The notes beneath the pieces are model-generated. The model was not told where the DNA came from. It saw only the letters and a program-made list of their open reading frames with translations, and did no database searches. Shown here piece by piece: positions 46,434-54,386 of a stretch of 64,000 nt of DNA. The DNA is taken from the IMG/VR virus record IMGVR_UViG_3300043423_000073, positions 32,001-96,000 of that record, one strand, 5' to 3'. The position numbers and the translations under genes are program-made. Source of the stretch: a virus (lineage: Duplodnaviria; Caudoviricetes). Every line of letters starts with the position of its first letter. Within the stretch, counting starts at the first letter, position 1.

Positions 46434-47430
46434 ATTTAGCAAGGGGAAGGTTAGAGCAGGTGACGTTGGCAAGGTTGGTGTGCGTGACGTTGGTAAAGAG
46501 AAAAACAACTATGTGTACGCCTACTACTTTGGCGCAAGCATAGTTTACGTAGGCATCGGGAAGGAGAGCAAGGTGGGAGACTTTTCGAGGGCCTTTAACC
46601 TAGAGGCTCACGCAAAGGTGTATGCCACTTACGGTGAGGCGCGCCGAGGAGAGGTGTCGGTGTCAGCGAAGACGAGAGAATTGCACAAGAAGGGCACCGG
46701 TCGTGAGGCAACCGCTCACCTAGAAGTTCAGGTAGTTGCGCGACAGCTCACACGAAAGTCCGCACGCGCAGTCGAGAGCCTACTGATCAAAACCCTTTGG
46801 CCTTTGCAAACATTGTTGAATGTTAGACAAGGAGGCAGTAACGGTGGTAGGAAGGTAACGGCAACCACGAAGACTAGGTCTGACGGTTTTATAGGGTCTG
46901 CCGAGATTGTGACCAGCCCGGTGACTGCTCGCGCCAAGACTAAAGGGGACGCCGAAGGGCCCTTTACGGAGAAGGGTACGCAGGAGCTGCTAGTCAAGTC
47001 AGGCTGTGTTATACCAAAGGCTGAACTTTTAGGACGTGCGCTAATTAAAGACAGCCTGAGGCGAGAAGACTTTCCTGGCCTGACCGCAGCAGAGTTTAAG
47101 AAATGCGTCGGCGGTATCTTTAGGGCGAGTCCTTGGATGACTGAGAAGCACGAGAGGTGGGTGTATCGACGCGTTGCCTTAACCGAGGAAGGACGAGAAG
47201 GTCGCCGTGCTGGTGGGATGAAGGGCGGGAAGATTGGCGGGAAGATTGGTGGTATCAGAAAAAGAAAATACCTCCCAGAGGACGCCAAAATTATTCAAGC
47301 AATGCAGACGCGTCTGTTCCGTGGCCGACGCCGAGGCGAGGACTTGCGTGAAAAAGAAAAACAACTAGAGGAGTTCAAAAAGCGTGCAATCGCCAAATTC
47401 ACCAAAAGCAACGGAATAAAACCGGCCTAA
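46426..47430 (+). CDS. GIY-YIG-like endonuclease sharing its C-terminal domain with the upstream helicase-like protein
   Basis: YVY...YVGIG, R, ESLLI, LLN; C-terminal ~75 aa aligns with the end of the 44157 ORF. Confidence 0.7.
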   Translation: MSEFSKGKVRAGDVGKVGVRDVGKEKNNYVYAYYFGASIVYVGIGKESKVGDFSRAFNLEAHAKVYATYGEARRGEVSVSAKTRELHKKGTGREATAHLEVQVVARQLTRKSARAVESLLIKTLWPLQTLLNVRQGGSNGGRKVTATTKTRSDGFIGSAEIVTSPVTARAKTKGDAEGPFTEKGTQELLVKSGCVIPKAELLGRALIKDSLRREDFPGLTAAEFKKCVGGIFRASPWMTEKHERWVYRRVALTEEGREGRRAGGMKGGKIGGKIGGIRKRKYLPEDAKIIQAMQTRLFRGRRRGEDLREKEKQLEEFKKRAIAKFTKSNGIKPA

Positions 47431-47435
47431 AAACC

Positions 47436-47898
47436 CTGATAAAACCGGCCTAAACAAGGTGTAAAAGATGAAGTCGGGTCTTATAATAAAAGGCTGTTGT
47501 TTATCTTTTACAAAATTTAGGTTCGCCGAAGGCGATAAGGGTGGGAGCGAAGCGAACACCCTTTAATAAACACTTCCCCAACCCGTAATGTTTTACTTTT
47601 TAACTTTTTAACTTTCGGAAGTCTAACCTTTCGACTTTTCAACCTTTCGACTTTTCGACTCTTTACTTCCCGACGTTCCCCTTCTTACATTACGGGTTGG
47701 GGAAGTGTTCTATGGGTGACGATTCGCTTCGCTCCTCGTCACCGCGCCTTCGGCGAAAAACTGTAAATACTTTTTGTTAGACTCGCAGAGCTTCGGGAGC
47801 TTCGGGTGATTCGGGAGCTTCGGCGTCTTCTCAGGCTTTGACGCCTCTGGGAATCCTCTCGTGAATCCCCGAAGTTTTGTGTAGGCCGGTTTTATCAG
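47436..47898. repeat. nested inverted-repeat element, candidate replication origin
   Basis: Perfect IR pairs 47436-47452/47882-47898, 47522-47534/47745-47757, 47544-47556/47723-47735, 47569-47591/47687-47709 around a pyrimidine-rich repeat core. Confidence 0.85.
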
Positions 47899-47943
47899 AT
47901 TTTAGGAAAGCCTAAAGGCTACATTCAAAAGGCTAAATTCAAA

Positions 47944-48555
47944 ATGCACTTTTTTACTTCTGACACTCACTTCCTTGATCCCCGAATCCTAGACTTTACG
48001 AATCGGTGTGACTCAATGTTAGCCGCAGGCTTTAATGAGCACGATGCGTGGTTGACTTCCATTTGGAACTCGCAGGTCTCGCCCGGCGATTTGGTTTACG
48101 TTGTTGGTGACTTCTCGAAGGCGTACACGCCCGAGGCGCTTTCCGAGATCCTCGCGGGCCTCAACGGCTCCATCTTCTTAGTCAAAGGTAATCACGATCA
48201 AAGCTCAGTTCTTCTCAACTGCCCTAATCCAAAGATTGTTAAGTGGTCTCATCGCCAGTCGCTTTCTATCTGCGGCATGCAAACCGTTCTCTCGCATGAA
48301 CCCAAGCTCGTGTGGGTAGGCCAGCACTTGGGCAGTTTTCACCTACACGGTCACACGCACGGTCGGCTTAGTTTCCAAGGGCGTGCGCTTGACGTTGGCA
48401 TCGACAGCGCTTACAAGCTTTTAGGTAGCCACCGACTCTTCACCGAGGCCGAAGTTTTCTCTCGTCTTATCAACCGCAGCCCTGTTTCCTACGACGGTAG
48501 AAAGGTCATCGATGCTCGCCCCGCTCCTCCCTTGGCAATCGCCGACTCTGTTTGA
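47944..48555 (+). CDS. calcineurin-like metallophosphoesterase
   Basis: SDTHF, VGDF, GNHD, SHEP, HGHTH. Confidence 0.9.
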   Translation: MHFFTSDTHFLDPRILDFTNRCDSMLAAGFNEHDAWLTSIWNSQVSPGDLVYVVGDFSKAYTPEALSEILAGLNGSIFLVKGNHDQSSVLLNCPNPKIVKWSHRQSLSICGMQTVLSHEPKLVWVGQHLGSFHLHGHTHGRLSFQGRALDVGIDSAYKLLGSHRLFTEAEVFSRLINRSPVSYDGRKVIDARPAPPLAIADSV

Positions 48556-50026
48556 CCTTTCAAAGGTTTGGGAGCAGGCTAATGCGTCTCAGCGCGAGGC
48601 CCTGTTCGACTTTGCTTACAAGCTCGTCACTGGCGATCCTTTGCTTCCTGTATCACTTCAAGCCTCGCCTCAACCATCGCCTACTGCGCAGTCCGGCTTG
48701 GCTGCCCCACCGCAACCCGCGCCCCAACCTTCAACCCAACCGTCAACACTTCCACTGTCGCCGCAGTCCCAGCAGCTTGCCCGAGTGCCTGCGGTAGTTA
48801 AGCGCGATGACGAGTTTGTTCTTAAAGGTGATCAGGTAGCTGCGTGGGAACTGATCTTAAAGTTTCTCGCAGGTAACGAAAAGTTTTTTGCTCTCCGCGG
48901 TTACGCAGGTACAGGCAAGTCGTTCCTTCTCAAGAGCCTCAAGAAACTCCCGCAGCACAACTTTATCTTTTCGGCAACAACCAATAAGGCCGCCGCCGTA
49001 CTTTCATCTTTCATTGGTGAGCCTGCCAAGACTGTTTATTCGGTCTTAGGTTTGCGCATGGAGCAGGATGACGACAAGCTCGTACTTACGGCCGGCAAGC
49101 GAAGGCAGAATCTAGGTGATAAGCCTATTCTCATTATTGACGAAGCAGGCATGGCTCCGCAGGAGGTTGTGCGTCTTTTGGTTGAGGCGGTAAACACTAC
49201 TGATCTTCGTGTCATCCTCGTTGGCGATCCTGCTCAGCTAAATCCTGTGGGCGAGGTATCGAGCCAAGCGTGGCGCCTACCTTCACCTGCTTGCCGCATC
49301 ACAATGAAGCAGCCACTGCGCTTCGACAATGACCTGCTCACTGTTGCAACAGGTGTTCGAACCGCACTTCGCAAAAAGTCATTCGACTATGACTTTGTTA
49401 CCTCAGCTAACGTTGAGGTCTTGCGTAAGAGTTCCTGGATGGAAAGCATCCTGTCCATTCGTGATTGGGATGCTAACAAGGTAGCCTGCTGGAGAAACAA
49501 AACTGTAAATAAAATAAATGAAGCAGTTAGAGAAGGGCTTGGTTACGAAGACCGGTTCGTGCCAGGAGAGAACATTCTCATGGCCGCTCCTTTGGTTAGC
49601 GACGACACCATTCTCGCCCACACAGACGAAGAGTTTAAAGTCGCCTCAGTCGGCGAGCGGCGCTTTAGCTTGCCGGAGGGTGAGCTTGACGCCTGGGTTC
49701 TAACCTTAGTTGACAAAGACTTTCCGATTTTTGTTCCGCAGAGTGGCGCGGCTTTCCAAGAAGCGCTTTCGAAGAGGGCAAGCCTCGCCTCGAAGCAGGT
49801 CGGCAAGCGTCGCAAAGAACTGTGGTCCCACTTCTGGGATTTGAAAAACCTTATGCAGGACGTCCGTTACGGTTACGCAATGACCACCCACCGACTGCAA
49901 GGAACAACTGTAAATAATGTTTATGTGGATCGCCAAGACATACTGGCGAACCCAAACCCCAAAGAAGGCTACCGATGCTTGTATGTCGCCACAACGCGAG
50001 CGTCTAACTCATTGAAAATCCTATGA
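48512..50026 (+). CDS. Dda/RecD-like SF1B DNA helicase
   Basis: GYAGTGKS, ATTNKAA, IIDEAGM, VGDPAQL, YAMTTHRLQG, LYVATTRA; exact start uncertain. Confidence 0.9.
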   Translation: MLAPLLPWQSPTLFDLSKVWEQANASQREALFDFAYKLVTGDPLLPVSLQASPQPSPTAQSGLAAPPQPAPQPSTQPSTLPLSPQSQQLARVPAVVKRDDEFVLKGDQVAAWELILKFLAGNEKFFALRGYAGTGKSFLLKSLKKLPQHNFIFSATTNKAAAVLSSFIGEPAKTVYSVLGLRMEQDDDKLVLTAGKRRQNLGDKPILIIDEAGMAPQEVVRLLVEAVNTTDLRVILVGDPAQLNPVGEVSSQAWRLPSPACRITMKQPLRFDNDLLTVATGVRTALRKKSFDYDFVTSANVEVLRKSSWMESILSIRDWDANKVACWRNKTVNKINEAVREGLGYEDRFVPGENILMAAPLVSDDTILAHTDEEFKVASVGERRFSLPEGELDAWVLTLVDKDFPIFVPQSGAAFQEALSKRASLASKQVGKRRKELWSHFWDLKNLMQDVRYGYAMTTHRLQGTTVNNVYVDRQDILANPNPKEGYRCLYVATTRASNSLKIL

Positions 50027-50676
50027 AACTCAAATCAACCAAAACCTTAACCATCGATCAATTGCGCGCTCAAGGTGCTAACGCTCCTATCTGGGCTTTG
50101 AACGGCACCAACGAACTGCTGGGCCAGATGGGTGAACTTCATCTGTCAGTGCCTAAGCAGAACGGCGCACGTACCGACCCCTTGGTTCTGTTCGCAACAT
50201 GGCTGCCGGCCAACCTGACCAATCAGATCCCCCGTCAGCAGCTTTTGGACTCTGCCGAGTTTTTGAACGCCGTCAACAATGGCAGCATTGTGCTCATCAC
50301 GCCTGAGTTTGCACAACAGCTCATGACCGAAGACGGTGCGATTGAAGAGCAAGAGCGTGTTACCTGTATGCGCAATGTGGCCAAGAACGCGTTGGCCGGT
50401 CGTCTCCAATCCAAAGACAATGTCTCTGTCGAGGGGTTGCCTTCTTCGGGCGCGCAGGATGAGGACGAAGGCGAAGAGACAGGCGTCTCTGTTGCCTTCC
50501 AAGCCTTGGCCGAGTCGATCCGTGACAAGAACGACGTCAGCGCACTGAACGTGTTGCGCAACCGCAGCCTTACCTCCCAAGAGAAAAAGTTCTTGCGTGC
50601 CTCCGGAACAGTCACCTCGGAGAGCAAGCCCAAGTGCTGGACTTACCTCCGCACTTCTTCCGCCAACCGTTCGTGA
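50023..50676 (+). CDS. hypothetical protein
   Basis: 217 aa, ATGA-coupled, phage-typical codons. Confidence 0.8.
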   Translation: MKLKSTKTLTIDQLRAQGANAPIWALNGTNELLGQMGELHLSVPKQNGARTDPLVLFATWLPANLTNQIPRQQLLDSAEFLNAVNNGSIVLITPEFAQQLMTEDGAIEEQERVTCMRNVAKNALAGRLQSKDNVSVEGLPSSGAQDEDEGEETGVSVAFQALAESIRDKNDVSALNVLRNRSLTSQEKKFLRASGTVTSESKPKCWTYLRTSSANRS

Positions 50677-50748
50677 CCTTTTCACAATCTTTTCATAACC
50701 GTTCGTGATCTTTTCGTAACCAAAACCTTTAATCGAGGACCCACACCA

Positions 50749-51231
50749 ATGACCACCAAAAAAGCTACCACAAAAGCCGCACCTCTGCCTTCGCGCGTCG
50801 CTGAGGCAGCCGCAACTACAAACGCAAAGCCAGCCTCCCCTGCTCAGGCCAAGCCAGCACCTACCCCAAAGCCTCCTCCTCGTTTTCCGAACGGTCCAGC
50901 AAGCGTAGGCAGCAAGCGTATTCTGCCTTCGCACGTTGCCGAGGCAGCCCAATCGAAGGATGTCATTGCTGCTGTTGTTCCTGCGGAAGGGACTTCAATT
51001 GGGGATGCGGTACAGCGTATTGACAACGCTTTCGCCCTTCAAGGGCAGTTGGTCGAGACGCTTACTAGCCGTCTTTGCAACGCAGGTCTTCTCCGCCCTA
51101 TCGACATCGACCTTGAGGTGACCACACCTAAATCTGACACGGCCTTCGGTCAGGCGCTGGAAGAGCGCGCAGCCTTTGTTCAGCACACCAATCTGCGCCT
51201 GAACCTGCTGCTGGACACGCTCGGCGTCTAA
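50749..51231 (+). CDS. hypothetical protein with Ala/Pro/Lys-rich N-terminus
   Basis: 160 aa, RBS GAGG. Confidence 0.75.
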   Translation: MTTKKATTKAAPLPSRVAEAAATTNAKPASPAQAKPAPTPKPPPRFPNGPASVGSKRILPSHVAEAAQSKDVIAAVVPAEGTSIGDAVQRIDNAFALQGQLVETLTSRLCNAGLLRPIDIDLEVTTPKSDTAFGQALEERAAFVQHTNLRLNLLLDTLGV

Positions 51232-51270
51232 AGCACACACCCAGCCCGGAAAAGAAAACTGTAAATTAAT

Positions 51271-51385
51271 TGTGTACCTAGCAGCATGGCGACGGCCTAG
51301 CCCCTTCGCCATCCTAGAACAACACCGGGAAAACCTTTTGGTTAAAAGCTCACGCTGCTTTATGCGGAATGCTGCTAGGTACACA
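51271..51385 (+). ncRNA. putative ~115-nt structured RNA
   Basis: Perfect 17-bp terminal stem 51271-51287/51369-51385 starting just after ACTGTAAAT (51258-51266). Confidence 0.5.
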
Positions 51386-51423
51386 CCCCAATCCCTTCTT
51401 CATCAAAACCTGAAAGCCTTCCT

Positions 51424-51660
51424 ATGTTACACAGCAGTCTCCCACCCTTGGATGTTACCTGCAAAAAGAAGCCAGCCCGAGGCCCCGCCCTCATCGTTCG
51501 TCCCTTGCGTTACATTATCGCGCAGAACTCTTTCGTTGAGCGCGACTCCACTGGCACACCTGTGCTGCGACTCGGCGCAACGGCACGTGAGGCAAAACGG
51601 TGGGCGGCACAAGGTCGCGGTGACATGGTGCAGCGCATTGCCCGTTCCTTGCCGGCCTAA
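51424..51660 (+). CDS. small hypothetical protein
   Basis: 78 aa ORF between two structured RNAs. Confidence 0.5.
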   Translation: MLHSSLPPLDVTCKKKPARGPALIVRPLRYIIAQNSFVERDSTGTPVLRLGATAREAKRWAAQGRGDMVQRIARSLPA

Positions 51661-51682
51661 GGACTAGCAAACTCGACCTGGG

Positions 51683-52471
51683 CAGGAGTGCCTAGGTCTG
51701 TCATTAAAGAAGCGGCGTGGAGCCTTAACCGGCGAAGTCGAAAGACGAGGACACGCTAAGCACGATGCAGAAACATGAGACTTTCGGCGGCATAGGTCAA
51801 TGCTTGCAAACCTTCCGAAGCGTGCAGGGTAGCCCTTGCGTTCACGTTAGGAACCGCACTTTGAAAGCTGCTAAGGTGCTGATAGGAAAGAGGAGTGGGC
51901 TCTGTGGACGCACAACCCACCGCAACTACTGGCAGTGTGTAGCAAGCTGGAATCAAGCCCAGCCTTCTTTAATGACAGACCTTATCGTCGCCAACTCGTT
52001 GATCACCGATCAAGCCACTAAGTAGGCACGTCCGGCAACATGACGGACGTAGAGTGCTGCAGCGCTCTTTGGTCACCCTAGATCCTCCTGGGCTAGGTGA
52101 CGACGAGGTTTATCATGACTTTGTTGGTGGGAAAGAAACCTTCTGCTAACCGCACGCTAGGTATTGAGCGCGTAGCAGTTGCGAGACTGCTTGGCCGCCG
52201 GGAAAGACCGGCACCATCACGCATGTGGGTTTGGCAGGTGTTGTCGGTCAGGTGGAATGAAGTCGCGCTCTGGTCGGCCGGCCAACGTGTACGGCCATTA
52301 ATCCCGACAACCCTGCGCGGGTCGCAACCGCAAACAAGCCTGCAGTCGTGATGGTCACAGTGTTTCAGACGGCACTGCGTCTGCTTGGTGCTGAGCCTAT
52401 GCGGCCAGAGTTACACCAGCCCCTCGTCATAACAGGGGTCAGACGAATTTAGTCGGTATGGGCACTCCCTG
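51683..52471 (+). ncRNA. large ornate non-coding RNA (~790 nt; GOLLD/ROOL-like or new class)
   Basis: Closing helix 51685-51694/52459-52468; perfect 19-bp helix 51694-51712/51964-51982; many hairpins with GNRA loops; 10-bp pseudoknot 52267-52276/52402-52411; no credible ORF. Confidence 0.8.
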
Positions 52472-52535
52472 ACCATCAACCTTCTTGCTTCTTTTGTTTC
52501 CTTTGTTTCCTCACCCATTTTCTTTGAAAGCCCCT

Positions 52536-52745
52536 ATGACCAAAATGATCCGTATTGAGAACGCTGACCTGTCGCGCCACCCTGTGCGCGTCACTGTACA
52601 GCACAAAGTTCCGAGTGGCGAGTGGGTTAATAGCACATGCCACTCCCCAGTGCAGCTTGACAGCCCGACTGCGCAGACCTCGCAGTACATTCACAGCGGA
52701 CAGCGCCTCGTTATTGAGGAGCTCTCGGCGGACGACGCCAGCTAA
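52536..52745 (+). CDS. small hypothetical protein
   Basis: MTKMIRIENADLS..., 69 aa; start moved to ATG 52536. Confidence 0.65.
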   Translation: MTKMIRIENADLSRHPVRVTVQHKVPSGEWVNSTCHSPVQLDSPTAQTSQYIHSGQRLVIEELSADDAS

Positions 52746-52839
52746 GTTGTCAAACAGATTGCTGCTTACCTTCTTTCTTTGGAAGAGGGTAAGCAAGCTT
52801 GCAAGGTGAACCAGTGCCTTGCTTAGGAACGCTCTTGGC

Positions 52840-53280
52840 GTGGGGGCGTGAGATTAATCCTGCCGTAAAATCGGCACCACACCTTTTATATGGTAGTAGA
52901 CTGCTGTAATAGGCAGGCAGATACAAAAGTGAATGACTGCTGGACGCGGGTTCGAATCCCGCCAGGTCCACCATAAGAGCACTAGGCTCTAGTTGTAGCA
53001 ACAGAGTCGCGCAAGTAGCCATACGAAAAAAGGCGCCAAGTACCCAGTCAGGTACAGCGTTATGGCGTAGTGTTCTTCTGACGGGCCTGTACTGGTTTCG
53101 ACAGCGGTAGATAATGGATGTTGACTACTCAGGCAAGCGGAGCCTGCGGAGCAATCCGGAAACCAAGCACGAAAAAGAACTGCCAACGATGCGCAATTCC
53201 TGCAGGCCGCTAACGCCTGATAAAAGTTAGGGGAGCTCCCTGTCCGACGCGCTGATAATGAAGCAAAGCGGATTGGCCCC
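52840..53280 (+). ncRNA. ssrA: circularly permuted (two-piece) tmRNA
   Basis: T-arm GCGGG-TTCGAAT-CCCGC and CAGGTCC-ACCA (52946-52973) lie upstream of the 5' stem GGGCCTG (53083-53089), giving G3-U70; D-loop CTGGTTTCGAC; tag ORF 53182-53220 ANDAQFLQAANA then TGA TAA; outer ends approximate. Confidence 0.92.
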
Positions 53281-53282
53281 TA

Positions 53283-53329
53283 GGCCCGACCGAGTACTCG
53301 TTACTCCTTGATTTCAAAAGAGTCGGGCC
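53283..53329 (+). other. hairpin 3' of the tmRNA coding piece (processing or termination signal)
   Basis: GGCCCGAC...GTCGGGCC stem; no U-tract. Confidence 0.45.
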
Positions 53330-53399
53330 ACCCCTCCCTAATTCTGCCGCAACCCCACCAACAAAAGGAAACCCACGTCGTTCTAGTTAGCGCCGTGGG

Positions 53400-53566
53400 T
53401 TTCTCCGTTTTCGGGCTAAAAACCGAGTAAAACCCGCCTAAACCCCTAAAAATCGGTGTTTTTCGAGTAAAAACCCCGTAAAAACCCGATTTTCTGCTAT
53501 TTTTAGGCATTTTGGTAGGTTTTTCGTGTATAATCAAGGTACAGGAATGTAGGAATACCTATGCCT
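53400..53566 (+). promoter_or_regulatory. putative early promoter, copy 1
   Basis: Phased A/T tracts; GTAGGTTTTTCGTGTATAAT (53515-53534); GTAGGAATACCTATGCCTG; repeated at 58.2-58.4 kb. Confidence 0.75.
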
Positions 53567-53625
53567 GGAAGTTTTACAACCTCAAAACCCAAACCCTCAA
53601 CCAAACCTCACACAAGGAGAAACAA

Positions 53626-54138
53626 ATGTCTTTATCTGACAGCGACAAACTGATGCTTGCCCTTCACGCGAATGACCGGCAAGCTGGTAACGTGCGGCAC
53701 GTAGCACACCAGTGCCTCCAAGATTTGCGCTTGATTCAGCAAGTCAGAACCAAGCCGGTGGATAAATTCAGAAATGAGATCATCGACCAACGTCTTGAGG
53801 TGATGATAGCGGCGCTGCAACGCCTCGTTGCTCAGGTTAGCGACGCCGCGGCCTCAACCAGAGACGCATACAGCACACCAGCTGCCCTGGAGCAGCTGAA
53901 ACTTAAGCACGGCAAAACATATCTTGACCGCGACGGAGATAAGGTAACCGTGCATCTCGTTGCTAACCTACCGGAGTATCCGTTTGTCAACTGTGAGTAT
54001 CCGTTTGTCAACTGTGCAACTGGCGAAACCTTCACGCCAGAAGGCGCCTGGCAACTAGGCCACCCTAGTAGGCGGGACTTGGTGTCAGAGTGCGACGACC
54101 CGCCTGTCACCAATCCTTCGCAAGGAGAAACGAAATGA
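53626..54138 (+). CDS. hypothetical protein with C-terminal LxxGKTY...DLVS domain
   Basis: Start moved to ATG 53626 after AAGGAG; domain shared with three other ORFs. Confidence 0.8.
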   Translation: MSLSDSDKLMLALHANDRQAGNVRHVAHQCLQDLRLIQQVRTKPVDKFRNEIIDQRLEVMIAALQRLVAQVSDAAASTRDAYSTPAALEQLKLKHGKTYLDRDGDKVTVHLVANLPEYPFVNCEYPFVNCATGETFTPEGAWQLGHPSRRDLVSECDDPPVTNPSQGETK

Positions 54139-54386
54139 TTGCGTACTTCCTCACCCTTTTGCTGTGGTCACTTCTTTTTATGCTGGCCCTAAGCCACCTG
54201 GCGACTTACCTCATTCTTCGGCACTCGCTACTACCTACTTTTGGTAGCAAAGTCGGCGCCTTAGTTTGTGCAATCTGTGGCTTGCTCAGCACAGAAGCTT
54301 TCTTTAGTCAAGCTGACTATGAATTGAGTCTTGCCTACGCCTTCGGTGCAAACGGGTTCTTTTTATTGTTAGGAGAAACGAAATGA
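54135..54386 (+). CDS. small membrane protein
   Basis: MIAYFLTLLLWSLLF..., hydrophobic segments; start moved to ATG 54135. Confidence 0.7.
   Translation: MIAYFLTLLLWSLLFMLALSHLATYLILRHSLLPTFGSKVGALVCAICGLLSTEAFFSQADYELSLAYAFGANGFFLLLGETK

Noticed and set aside
47436-47898. MITE/IS ends or protelomerase site
   Set aside because: No transposase or protelomerase, no target duplication seen, and the IRs are interrupted and concentric rather than one continuous palindrome
51756-52351. Short ORFs 51756, 51765 and 52097
   Set aside because: No clear RBS or protein-like character; the region is better explained by RNA structure
51683-52471. RNase P RNA or group I/II intron
   Set aside because: No GAGGAAAGUCC or RNase P 3' consensus, no complete group II domain V (GAGCCTATGCGG is only a partial look-alike), and no interrupted flanking gene; not formally excluded without cmscan
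52941-52973. Stand-alone tRNA or attP tRNA fragment
   Set aside because: No D or anticodon arm upstream; its acceptor partner lies downstream at 53083 with a tag ORF, and no integrase is nearby
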